This document shows positions 1-12,059 of a DNA stretch of 20,568 nt, in pieces (the stretch's first letter is position 1; every line of letters begins with the position of its first letter). The position numbers and the translations under genes were made by a program. The DNA is from Ginkgo biloba (taxonomy: Eukaryota > Plantae > Ginkgophyta), in contig JANKJI020000001.1 in NCBI GenBank assembly GCA_024626585.2, positions 12,282,063 to 12,302,630 on the forward strand. Reading direction: 5' to 3'. The notes beneath the pieces are model-generated. The model was not told the origin of the DNA and did no database searches. It saw nothing but the letters and a program-made list of their open reading frames with translations.

Positions 1-1511
1 CTGCTCTAGTTCAAAATGGAGTGGATTAGATTGTAAAGTATTCAATTTATATTGGGTGAAGGACTTGTCTCTGATGTACTCATTTAATTTCTCCCAGTAT
101 CCAATTTCTAAGATGCGCCTCTTGTGTTTTCTTTCGAAGGAATAAAATCTTTTTCGAATTTGTCTTTAACAATATATTCACAATCTAGCATTGACCATGC
201 CTTCGAGTGGCATACAATAAAGTTAAAAATGCAAATATCGCATAATTAAAGAAATATGAATATCATGGTTTAAGAATTAGGCCTTGTACTTGTTGCAGTC
301 CAATTGAAAATGTCGATTTGCTTCTCTCCAGAATAGTCCTGAAGAGGGTTATGTTGCACTAATGGCAGCTCAAATTATGTGGTTTCTGGAAAATAGGAAA
401 AACTTAGAACTAGGTGGAGTAACAAAAGGCTTTATTTGAAGGATGTTTCTTTTGAGGTTCTGCCTTGTTCATAGGATTTGCCCTTGCTTCTGTTTCTGTG
501 TCTTTTATGCTTTTCTTCAAGAGGGGAGATTGTCTTATTATGAGAAATATTTGGAGGATTGACTTAGAGGCATGCTTGAGGTGTTTTTCCATAGTTCCTC
601 TTGATATAGCCATGAGCCATGAATGGTTAAGGCAATGCTCTTCACCNNNNNNNNNNNNNNNNNNNNNNNNNNNNNNNNNNNNNNNNNNNNNNNNNNNNNN
701 NNNNNNNNNNNNNNNNNNNNNNNNNNNNNNNNNNAGTATTGCTTTTTGGCATTCATGTATGATCTTCTTTCTACTTGAGTTTCTCATTCCTTCAGAATTT
801 TGGCTGCTAATGTTGTTTTGGTGTCCTTCTCTTGTGTACTTTTTATTTCTTGGAAGCAGGAATTGAAAATGGAAGGCATAGAACGTTTGGCCATGGATAA
901 GCTTTTCTTGTAAGGCTCGAGCTATTTTTATTGGTTTGTTATTGTTCTTTGCNNNNNNNNNNNNNNCGTAGGTTTTCTTCTTTACATTTTAATGTAATCC
1001 TGATATCTGTCTTCTGATTGTCTAGAGGTATTGTTTTAAATACAATAGGCATCTTTAGTACATTTTTACCACTTTTTGGAAGTGTTAAAATAGTGAAGAT
1101 TATACTGAAAAGCTAAAAGTACTATAGAAACTTAACATCTAATCAGTGCTTGGTAAACTTTTTCATCAATAGAAATACGTCTCTCTGCTCACTGCAAATG
1201 TTTAGCACATTGTTATTGTGTGCCTTTATCCTAATGTATCTCTGTTATTTAATATTTGTCATTTTTAATGATAGAAGTGCAGGCAATGTGGTATGCTAAT
1301 AAGATTGATGTAGCTAGNNNNNNNNNNNNNNNNNNNNNNNNNNNNNNNNNNNNNNNNTTAGTTACTAAGTCAACATTTATTTTTACCAGATACATCATTT
1401 ACTTTTTGAGAGTATTTCAAAGCCAATGCCATTGATGGAATGTGTTGATATATTATAGTTCATCTCTGTTTTATTGTTCTTATGTGCTTGTTTTTTGTGT
1501 CCATGATGCAG

Positions 1512-1583
1512 GGCTGGGCTGGAAGAAGAACTTGTCAAACGAATCAACATTGTTTCTACTAAAGGAAGCATTCACATGCTATG
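1512..1583 (+). CDS. Internal coding exon of an unidentified host gene
   Basis: T-rich tract and TGCAG acceptor (AG 1510-1511); 72-nt purine-rich segment; G|GTATGC donor at 1584. Two frames are open: phase 2/2 AGLEEELVKRINIVSTKGSIHML(C), which fits the exon at 18943 and is favoured, and phase 1/1 GLGWKKNLSNESTLFLLKEAFTCY(D). Confidence 0.72.
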
Positions 1584-2395
1584 GTATGCTACGTGTTCCC
1601 ATTTTAAGCAGGCANNNNNNNNNNNNNNNTGCTTGTAAATTCCGTAAAATTTTGATTGTTTCAGATAATGTCACTGAATTCTAATGGTTGTTTTTTGTTG
1701 TATTAAAGAATCTCAATGACATTTAATAAAGGGAGAAGACAATTTAAATCGTTTCTGCAATGTCTTCTTGCATCATACGGATGAATGTGTGCACTGAACA
1801 TGTAGAATTTTGTTCATTTAAAAAGCACAATTTGACCNNNNNNNNNNNNNNNNNNNNNNNNNNNNNNNNNNNNNNNNNNNNNNNNNNNNNNNNNNNNNNN
1901 NNNNNNNNNNNNNNNNNNNNNNNNNNNNNNNNNNNNNNNNNNNNNNNNNNNNNNNNNNNNNNNNNNNNNNNNNNNNNNNNNNNNNNNNNNNNNNNNNNNN
2001 NNNNNNNNNNNNNNNNNNNNNNNNNNNNNNNNNNNNNNNNNNNNNNNNNNNNNNNNNNNNNNNNNNNNNNNNNNNNNNNNNNNNNNNNNNNNNNNNNNNN
2101 NNNNNNNNNNNNNNNNNNNNNNNNNNNNNNNNNNNNNNNNNNNNNNNNNNNNNNNNNNNNNNNNNNNNNNNNNNNNNNNNNNNNNNNNNNNNNNNNNNNN
2201 NNNNNNNNNNNNNNNNNNNNNNNNNNNNNNNNNNNNNNNNNNNNNNNNNNNNNNNNNNNNNNNNNNNNNNNNNNNNNNNNNNNNNNNNNNNNNNNNNNNN
2301 NNNNNNNNNNNNNNNNNNNNNNNNNNNNNNNNNNNNNNNNNNNNNNNNNNCCAGATGAGTATGCTTCCAATCATGTAACTCGTATTTAAGGGGCC

Positions 2396-2794
2396 AACCT
2401 TAACCTAGTCATGACCCCAAGCCAAGAGTCAGCTTTAGGAAAATTATTGATTTTACAATGAGTTAAATGTTTTAACTAAAAGGAAATATGGCGTGAGATT
2501 TGGACAACTAATCAGAGTTATGAATAATAATAAGGAAAATGTTTTAAGAGTTTAGGGTCTCACTTGCTCTATGTAGGTGGAACAATGAAAAGAAGGTACT
2601 AACCATAACCAAGTCAGACCATAGACCAAGAGTCAACTTTGAGAAAACTATTGATTTTACATTGGGTGAACTCTTTATTTTCTAAAAGGCAATAAGGATT
2701 GGGATTCAGGCATTCCATTGATGCTATGGATAACAATAAGAAAGAGGGTTCAAGGACTTAGGGTATCACCTGTTCTATATGGGTTGAACAATCA
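2396..2794. repeat. Diverged tandem duplication, two copies of about 205 bp
   Basis: Copies start at 2396 and 2601. Shared anchors include ccaagagtca, tattgattttaca, ctaaaagg and ttagggt(c/a)tcac. A gap-free 108-nt block has 33 mismatches by hand count (about 69% identity). Confidence 0.85.
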
Positions 2795-3314
2795 ACGATT
2801 GCTTTCAAGTAAATAGTTGTTCAGTTGTAGGACAATATAAACCAATAGAGGCAGTTGTCTATTATGACATAGTAAGATGTCAATTGCAAGATCTATCAAA
2901 CAATAATTACTGATCGCCATGACACAATGGTTGATCACATGCAACCTAGAAGTTGGTTGCAATCAAAGTTGTTACAAACCCTTCCAACCTAGTACCAACA
3001 TGAAAGACGGGAATAGCTTCAAAAATCAAAACAAAAACAAGAACCAAAAGGGAAAAAAATTGAAATGAACAATTAATGTAAAGAGATAGATACTTTCTTG
3101 AACTACATAGTGCAAAAAATACCTAAATTCCACAACACCGTTACCAATCCTAAGCCTAACTACCTTACTTGGGACTCAATATTGGATTTTGTTACTTATA
3201 AAAGATAAGTACATTGAAATCTGTTTCTATAATCACAACCAACATTATTCCAATAACATTGACCTCTCCTCCTTCCCCCATGTGCATTCAGAAGAGGCCC
3301 TGCTTATAAATACA

Positions 3315-4720
3315 AGTTGCAACTTTTTCCCTTTTTAGGGTTTGAGCTAGATAAAGCAACAATCCCTAAAAATAATGTGTGCAAGTGTATCCTTTGACTA
3401 CATTGCATTCCTCAAAAAGAATTTTGTAAACCTTGCTGCTAACTGGATATTACCTTTATCTAAATGCACAATTTCCTGATAGAAAGAATTTATGGAGCCC
3501 CTTAAGTGCCACCTAAAATCACTTCCTTAAAGAGGAACTTAAAATTACCTAATGATTACAATTGCCATAGTCCCTATCAAATCTTAGCTTAGATTTTAAG
3601 CATAGAGCATAATTGTATTTTTCTATATGTTTTGTCCTCCGACAACTTAACATTATGCATCATGGAAATTGTTGGATGGTATAATAGACCAACACCTGTA
3701 AACCTACACACCAAAATATACTCAATAGGACTTGTTAAAGCATTAGCCCCCCATTTTAAGATTTTGAGTATTTAACCAATGGAAGCCTAGGTGTTGGATT
3801 GTTAGCTAGGTGATGAAAACTATTGTTGGCCATAGAAAACTATTCACAGGCTTAAGAACAATGTTATTAGCTTAACCATTCAAGGTCCCCACTATGACAC
3901 CCACTAGCATATGGTGGTCTTTCTATTAGATTCCATTGCATGTATCCGTCCCCAAATGATCTGGGCTAACTCCCTATAATGTTGATTCACAAGAGTGCCA
4001 AGGTCAACTTGTGGAACATTTTAAGTACAAGGTAGTTTTTGTTCCAAGATAGGACTTGATTTCACCAACCCTAATCCACCTAAGGACCCATGTGAGGTAA
4101 TGCTCGACATGAGACAATGCTAATCACGCATTCATATTGGACTTTTAACCACCAACCTTGGGTATACTACCTCTTTACCATCAAAAGGTATGGTAACATT
4201 TCCACTGTAGTTTGCGTGTTGCCAAAGCCATATGTGAGTACATGAATGAATAGTTAGCCATTCTTAGGTCTCAGACTTTATTAGTTGCAAACATTTGATA
4301 GCATGAGACCCCAATTAAAGTTCCTAGTTAGAACTTTTAACTTTTGGGGATTAAGTTGAAAACAATGTGTGCAAGACTGTTCTTTTATTCCACTCTATTT
4401 TTCAAAAGCATCTCTTGCGTCCTATTTCCTATTGGTTATTGTCTTTAGCCAAAACAACTGGCAAATTTATCGCCCCCCTTAAGTGACTTCTAGTCCTTTT
4501 TCCTCTAAGACAAATTACTAGTTAAGTAATGATCATTAAACCATGGTTTGCACATAACTTTAGAACACAATACATTAGCCCACATAATATTATTCTTTAA
4601 CAACCTAACATTACGGGTCATGAATATTGTCTGATAGTTTAATGAATCAACCCTTGTAAACGAGCAGGAACAAAATATACTCAAACTATTTTATAGGGGT
4701 GCCCCTCTATCACAACAACA
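3315..4720. repeat. Old direct duplication with period of about 960-990 bp (about 3315-3740 vs about 4283-4720)
   Basis: Colinear anchors: aatgtgtgcaag 3374/4364; ccccttaagtg 3498/4475; caac(t/c)taacatta 3643/4601; caaaatatactcaa 3712/4671. Confidence 0.75.
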
Positions 4721-5179
4721 TTTAGCCTATTGTAAGGCCAATCGACTTTGAGGAGAGGCGAATNNNNNNNNNNNNNNNNNNNNNNNNNNNNNNNNNNNNN
4801 NNNNNNNNNNNNNNNNNNNNNNNNNNNNNNNNNNNNNNNNNNNNNNNNNNNNNNNNNNNNNNNGATTTTAAAAAAAATCAAAATTAATTTTATTCATCAT
4901 AAAGATATGTTTACATACTCATGCCTATGCTAATAAAACAAGCTCAAGAGGTTTCTAAAATCTTGTGATAGTAACTTCAATCCTATTCCATGCGAGGGAT
5001 TGATTATAGGATCCGTTCCTTTTTTATTTGACTATGAATATTAGGGATGTTATCTAAGTCTTTCTAATAGTTTGTAGCTTTCATTATGATTGGTTCTTCT
5101 TCCTAATATCTCCATCTCCTCTTGAAGAAGTTTTATAGTATTGAAGAAAATATGAGTTTCAAGCATCTTGGTCTGATTT

Positions 5180-7670
5180 ATGGTGGTAATTTTTGGTCTA
5201 GGGAATCTGAAGAATGTGGTTTCTCAATCTGTTATGAAGCAATTCAACTTGCTTACAATAGAGCATCCTAAACCATANNNNNNNNNNNNNNNNNNNNNNN
5301 NNNNNNNNNNNNNNNNNNNNNNNNNNNNNNNNNNNNNNNNNNNNNNNNNNNNNNNNNNNNNNNNNNNNGTATAGCATGATGATGTCCTACTTGATGTAAG
5401 TGGGGTGATCATTGAAAATTCTTACATATGAGATTAGGATGTAGAATATAGATGAAGATCTAACCATTACAGGGTAGTTAATGATGGAAAGGATTATATC
5501 ATTAAATTATCCAAACAATCAAGATCAAATAGCCTTGATCTCAACTACCCAAGCAAAGAGGCTAATAAATGCTTCTCAAAAGTTTATGTTACTAATATTA
5601 AGATCACAGAAGCACCACAAGAGGAACTCTTAAAATATTGCCATTGAAGATGCAAATCAAGAAAAGCAAATGAAAGATTTTCTTTTCAAATATGAGGATG
5701 TGTTAAGGAAAAATAAGGAATGCTCCCTCTTAGGGCCATCCAACATAATATAGACTTGCAATAGGACCTAGTTGTCCAAATTTAGAAGTCTATAAAGCTT
5801 TGCACTGGAGCATGAGAAGATAAAGAAACAATTATAAGATCTACTAGATAGGATTAAATCAAACCAAGTTCTTTGCCATGTGAATCACTAGTTGTTTTGG
5901 TACCCAAGAAAGTGGAGAATGTGAATTGACTTTAGAGCGCTTAACAAAATCTCTATCAAGAATACATATCTATTACCTGGAATTGAAGAACTTGTAGATC
6001 AACTTCAAGTTGCTAAGCATTTCAACGAGATTGAGTTGAAGTTTGGCTACTGCCAAGTGCAAATTCGAGAAGAATACACTTGGAAAATTGCTTTCAAAAT
6101 AAGGAAAAATTTGTATGAATGGTTTATTATGCCATTTGGTTTGAAAAATTCTCTAGCCACATTTATGGGATTGCTAAATGAGGCTTATTTAGATTCGTTC
6201 TCCATCATATGATTAGATCATGTATTGATCTTCAATAAATCATGGGAAGATCATAGTCAACACATGGGAATAGTGTTGGGGACTTTGAGCCAACAACGGT
6301 TATGAGAAAATTTGTAAGAAATGCTCTTATGAAATCTATAGCATACTTGGGATTAATTGTGAATGCAAGTGGCTCAAGACACTGATCCTGAAAGGATTAG
6401 ACACATGCTTGAATGTTTAGCACCAACAAACTTAACTAAACTCAAGAGTCTCTTGAGAAAAAATATTTTTGGGCTACTCCAAGGTAGGTCTTTCTCTTAA
6501 TGCTTTGTCCAAGGGAATGTGACATATAAATGTATAACAAGGCAATGATCAATTTTTGAAGAGCTAAAGCAAAGAATCTGTAATGCCCTCGCATTGGCAT
6601 TGTTGAATATTAAATTGCCTTTTGAAATTGAAGCAAATGCATTAGATTATGCTATTATTCCCATGAAAGGAGAATAATAGGACAGTAGGCAACAAAGTTC
6701 TTCCTTACCCACATGTGGATGTATTTTTTTATTGCCTTCTTGTAGAATCCATAGTGTTAGATAGGGCTTGTAGGATCCTAAGCCATTTCAGACATCATTT
6801 TGGGCAATAATACTAAGATAAAAAGAAGCGTAGCATTCCACCCTCAAACTAATTAACAATGAGATGTGGTCAAATGAACAGTAGTCCAATTGCTTAGGAT
6901 GTACATTCATAAGCAACCTACCTAAAACTTCGGAGGAGAACATTCCATATACCCAACATACTTACAAAGGATTATCCATGGTTTTGTTCAGGTTAACCTT
7001 TTGAGGAGCGTCTTGTATTCCAACCTTAGTCCCCAATGGAGTCAGCCAAGTACCGTTGCCAAGAAATGACTTGGAGGAGGTTGCTCAATAACAAGCTTTG
7101 AAATTAATTGAGAGTAATAAATAGATTTAGGTACAAGTAGAAGACAATTTGCTAAANNNNNNNNNNCAAGCAAGGCATGTCAAGCATAGGGTGGATCAAT
7201 CTTCCAAGTTGGAGATCAAGTGTGGGCGCATTTTCCTAAGGAGAGATTAAAGGGAAAGCATTTAAAGATCAAGCCAATCTACTATGGTTCTTCCAAATTA
7301 CTTAGCAAGTCGGGCATAATGCCTTGAAGCTCGATTTATCACCATACATGGGTATTCACCTAATTTTTGATGTGGACCAATTATGGTTGTATGAACCTTG
7401 AATGTTGGATGAAGAAGAGGATGTTGAGGTCATAGTACCTCCTCTTGAAGAGTTTGTACCNNNNNNNNNNNNNNNNNNNNNNNNNNNNNNNNNNNNNNNN
7501 NNNNNNNNNNNNNNNNNNNNNNNNNNNNNNNACTAGGTAGGGTTCTGTGAAGCTTTATAAAGTGGGAAGACAAGGACAAGTCCCACAAGCATGAAAATGG
7601 TTTACAATAGAGCAACTTTAGAATGAGTTTCCACACCTTAAAGATAAGATGATGACGATTATCATCTTCT
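5180..7670 (+). mobile_element. Degenerate Ty3/Gypsy (chromovirus-type) pol: protease, RT, truncated RNase H, integrase, chromodomain-like tail
   Basis: Protease region NVVSQSVMKQFNLLTIEHPKP. RT: VVLVPKK..WRM*IDFRALNK, YEWFIMPFGLKN (MPFGL 6129-6143), decayed YLDD as *LDH (6210-6221). RNase H start PFEIEANALDYA. Integrase AFHPQT and GPY/F-like tail. C-terminus YKVGRQGQVPQA*KW..EFPHL. Many stops and frameshifts; no gag seen. Confidence 0.93.
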
Positions 7671-7991
7671 AAAAGGAGGAGGTGTTATCAATCATCATCT
7701 CACAATATTTCCCTTTATAAGATGATTACAAGATGGATAGGGTGGATCAAGAATGGGTCCAATAGGCCTAAAAAATCATCTTTCTCAGGTAGGTAAAACT
7801 AAGACTCTATTGTTTCTTTGCTATTTTTTGGGCCCTCCTAGGGGTCTAAGAAGTAGATCCCCTAACAGGGTTTGGGATTGGCCTATTTATAATCCAAAAG
7901 ATTAAAGTTTGCACGGTTTCTACATAGTGAGAAGGAATTACAAATTGAATAAGTTTTTTACTAAAACCTAATCATATAGGCAACTTTTGAG
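7671..7991 (+). mobile_element. PPT and start of the 3' LTR of the Gypsy element
   Basis: AAAAGGAGGAGG (7671-7682) directly after the pol end and followed by TG at 7683. TATA-like cctatttataat near 7882. Runs into a gap. Confidence 0.7.
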
Positions 7992-8217
7992 NNNNNNNNN
8001 NNNNNNNNNNNNNNNNNNNNNNNNNNNNNNNNNNNNNNNNNNNNNNNNNNNNNNNNNNNNNNNNNNNNNNNNNNNNNNNNNNNNNNNNNNNTGAATGCCA
8101 AGAGGAAGTATGGAGATTGACTAATTTACATGCTTGGCATCATGAACATCTCCAATATGATACTTATGGACACTTATGGTCATCCAAGCAACATAATAAA
8201 GATGGTGTGGGCATGTG

Positions 8218-9800
8218 TGTAACAATCCCGCCTTGGTCCTGAATGCCAATTTTTATTAAATTACTTTAGACATGCATTTGAATATAAAATAACGTGAATA
8301 ATTATTTTTGTAGTACACAAGTTACAATAAACAAATGAATAAAATCAGTAAGCCCATAGACTTAGAATACATAAGCTTACATAAATAAATAATCCAACAT
8401 GAGAGATGTACAAAAAGAATATTCATTTATACTGACTCATGTCATTCATCATGCAAGCATGCAAGACTCCAAGGGTAGACTGCTAGGGGCAATTCCTAGG
8501 GCTAACAACATGTAGAACACTCCCACTGTTGGCCATGAGGACCACCTTTGAGGGTTTATCGTAGCTACCAATATAAACCTATAGCACAATCACTACTAAC
8601 CTTCATCTCTAAACAACCTCTTTGTTGAGTTCACCCCCATAGCTAGGAAGAGTGTCAGGTGGTAGGCTCACATGCCTCATCTTTGGCACTAGGGTTATCT
8701 CTCCAATAAAAACTAAAATACCCTTCCTCTGGACAACCCATGCACTCAAGCATATTGATTGCACTATAACAATGTGATCAACACAGTGCCGATCAGTTGA
8801 AAATATTAGCCCACTATGGATGCTAGCACAACCCACAACATTGAAAATCTCCCAGAGTATCAGGTTGCTAGCCCTACTCCAACTGTCATGCCCTAGGACA
8901 TACAGTCTAAACACATGCTCACATACAAGGGCAATGCTAGTGCAATCCCTAGCTAGATATAATTATGCATAAACTATCATCACAGTGGTCACCATGTCCC
9001 TACAAGCTACCAATGACCGGGTTCTAGGGTTTATTTCAAAAAAAGAACATGCAACCAATGAACCCTATCAAACCCTAAGTGCAAGCATTGGCAAAATCAA
9101 CAACATAAATCATGAACAAACCCTTTGACTAAGGGTGCCTCATTATAAGGAATCTAAATCTAAAAATCTAGGGCTTATAAACCCATATAAGTGCATACAA
9201 GGCCACACATACAGATTTAGACTATGCAAAAATATAACAAAACTACAAAAAGCAATAAATATAAAGTGAGGTTGAGTATCACATACCTTTTTAGGGAACT
9301 TACCCTAATGATCTAAGTTCTCTAGAGGTTGTAGAAGTGTCCTCAAGCAAAAACATCACTTTTCTAAGCTCTGGAAAGAAACACCTTCAATGAATGTGTG
9401 ACATAGTGCAAGCACAAGTTCTAGCATAGTGATAGGTTGTATGCATAATTAATGTGCAGTAGCACGCATGAATAGCCTAGAATCAACAAAACAACCTCAG
9501 AAAAACAATAACTTCCTTCTAGAGTTTTGTTGGGCCTCTAGAATGCTCTGAAATTGCTACAAACCCTTCTAATAAGGGCACCTTCCACACTAGAATTCAA
9601 TAGGGGTCTTTCTCCTCAAGAAAACCCCTAGCAAACTATCAATAACTCACCAAAGCTTCCACGACCAAGCTCATAATAGCAAAAAGCTAGAAATAGCAAC
9701 TCTATAGTAGTAGAATGATAGCCAGAACGCAGATAAATACTCATAGAATGCATACACCCGCAAAGCCAAGTACAAGAGTCAATAATTATTGATGATTAAG
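8218..9800 (-). mobile_element. Probable long LTR remnant (Del/Tekay-like terminus); right boundary approximate
   Basis: Starts with TGTAACAATCCCG, resembling TGTAACACCC-type Gypsy LTR ends. Non-coding and A/C-skewed with recurring ccctag/cccact motifs. No second terminus, primer-binding site or target-site duplication (TSD) found. Confidence 0.45.
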
Positions 9801-11300
9801 GCTCTTTGAAGCCCTTCAGAATGTTAAAAATTATAGTTTTGGCATAGATATGAGAGCATGTAATTCATTGCACAAATAATAAAAAAGTAGAAAAAAAAAT
9901 CAAATTTATTTAAGTTGAAATACAGTCTTTAACCAACTAAAAACATGCACTATCAATGAATAAAACATATCCCAAAGTTATAAACTATATTGTTGATCAA
10001 TACCACTTCATAACACTTCATTAAAGATAAAAACAATAATGAAAAATAACCAAATACTTTCTATAATTACTGTACTAAAATTAGCAAAACACTTGCAGTT
10101 GGAAGTCACACAATGTCTATAATGTTTACATTTCTAAATTCAGTGCACAACAAAACTTTGGTTAAGGAATTGCTATATTCTAGGATCTCAAGTGATATTC
10201 CCCTAGGAGGTAGATATAGAAGGTTAGATAGAAAGTTGACATAAGATGTATTCGACATTTCGATGAAGGGAATCCATTAATCTTGTTGGTAGTTGATGGA
10301 TTTTCTATTAATAATTAATGCATTTCTATATTTTGGAGACCTTGGAGCATATGCTCGTCCAAATTTTCAAGCTATCCTAACTTGATTTATTAATAATTAG
10401 TATTATAAATCTAGTTATATATACAAATCTTAAGGGAAGGGATTAGGAGTTCAATGGGTAAGTTTGCTTCTTCTCCCTACGTGGTAGCAAGATCACTTGA
10501 CCACTTTTCCTTTATATTTTAGAAATGNNNNNNNNNNNNNNNNNNNNNNNNNNNNNNNNNNNNNNNNNNNNNNNNNNNNNNNNNNNNNNNNNNNNNNNNN
10601 NNNNNNNNNNNNNNNNNNNNNNNNNNNNNNNNNNNNNNNNNNNNNNNNNNNNNNNNNNNNNNNNNNNNNNNNNNNNNNNNNNNNNNNNNNNNNNNNNNNN
10701 NNNNNNNNNNNNNNNNNNNNNNNNNNNNNNNNNNNNNNNNNNNNNNNNNNNNNNNNNNNNNNNNNNNNNNNNNNNNNNNNNNNNNNNNNNNNNNNNNNNN
10801 NNNNNNNNNNNNNNNNNNNNNNNNNNNNNNNNNNNNNNNNNNNNNNNNNNNNNNNNNNNNNNNNNNNNNNNNNNNNNNNNNNNNNNNNNNNNNNNNNNNN
10901 NNNNNNNNNNNNNNNNNNNNNNNNNNNNNNNNNNNNNNNNNNNNNNNNNNNNNNNNNNNNNNNNNNNNNNNNNNNNNNNNNNNNNNNNNNNNNNNNNNNN
11001 NNNNNNNNNNNNNNNNNNNNNNNNNNNNNNNNNNNNNNNNNNNNNNNNNNNNNNNNNNNNNNNNNNNNNNNNNNNNNNNNNNNNNNNNNNNNNNNNNNNN
11101 NNNNNNNNNNNNNNNNNNNNNNNNNNNNNNNNNNNNNNNNNNNNNNNNNNNNNNNNNNNNNNNNNNNNNNNNNNNNNNNNNNNNNNNNNNNNNNNNNNNN
11201 NNNNNNNNNNNNNNNNNNNNNNNNNNNNNNNNNNNNNNNNNNNNNNNNNNNNNNNNNNNNNNNNNNNNNNNNNNNNNNNNNNNNNNNNNNNNNNNNNNNN

Positions 11301-11813
11301 GAGCATAAAGTACAATGAGTAAATATAAAGTAAACATTAATATTCTAACACTCCCCCTGAATGTTTACTTCATTGATTCTTACACTAAGACCATTTCTAA
11401 ATTTCTCGAACTTCTCTCGTCCAAGAGGTTTGGTGAAGATATTAACTAACTACTCATCTGTAGACATGTAAATGAGATCAATCTCTCCATTTTGGACATG
11501 ATCCTTGATAAAGTGACAATGCACCTCAATATGTTTGGTGCGTGCATGAAATACTAGATTCTTAGTTATCTTCAACACACTCCGATTATCACAATATAGT
11601 GTGGTTGGTTTAACTTGATCAATTCCAAGGTCACCAAGAATTCACCTTAACCAGACTACTTCACATGTTGCTCCAACTACAACTTTGTACTCTTCCTCAG
11701 TCGATGAAAGAGCAATACAAGGTTGCTTCTTATTGGTCCAAGATATTGCACCTCAACTAAGGTTGAAACAATATCTTGAAGTGAACTTTCTACTATCAGT
11801 GCATCCAGCCCAA
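11301..11813 (-). mobile_element. Ty1/Copia 3' end: RNase H, PPT and start of 3' LTR
   Basis: Minus translation WAGCTDSRKFTSRYCF..GAISWTNKKQPCIALSSTEEEY..LYCDNRS..VFHARTKHIEVHCHFIKD..IFTKPLGREKFEKFR..QGEC*. PPT AGGGGGAG (11358-11351) then LTR TGTTAG from 11350 leftwards into the gap. Three in-frame stops. Confidence 0.96.
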
Positions 11814-12059
11814 GAGAGTATGAAATGCTCCTACGTGGATATTTTGAGGTGGAGTTGACTAGACAATGCATAATGATGATCAAACTATTGTTGTACACGA
11901 TGTATAGACACTCTGGAGGGAGACAAACAAAAGGATGTTGATGCACCAAGCACGTATTCACCCCACTTTTTTAAACTTATGTATGGAGAGATAGGAATGT
12001 AGGTGATAAGGACACATACATTTTCCAATTAAACTTACATAAGGTACAAAGGCTCGACA

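Noticed and set aside
332-866. Possible exon after ttctctccAG (NSPEEGYVALMAAQIMWFLENRKN) or LINE 3' remnant
   Set aside because: No convincing donor, an early stop, and only vague resemblance to the L1 W.IWK.RN motif; cannot assign.
1744-2389. ORFs of 186-209 aa
   Set aside because: Almost entirely X residues from an N gap.
8092-8217. Short open frames between a gap and the TGTAACA motif
   Set aside because: Too short and no recognisable domain.
8609-8914. 101-aa minus-strand ORF
   Set aside because: No recognisable motif, non-ATG start, lies in LTR-like sequence; consistent with chance.
10497-11337. ORFs of 265-273 aa on both strands
   Set aside because: N-gap artefacts.
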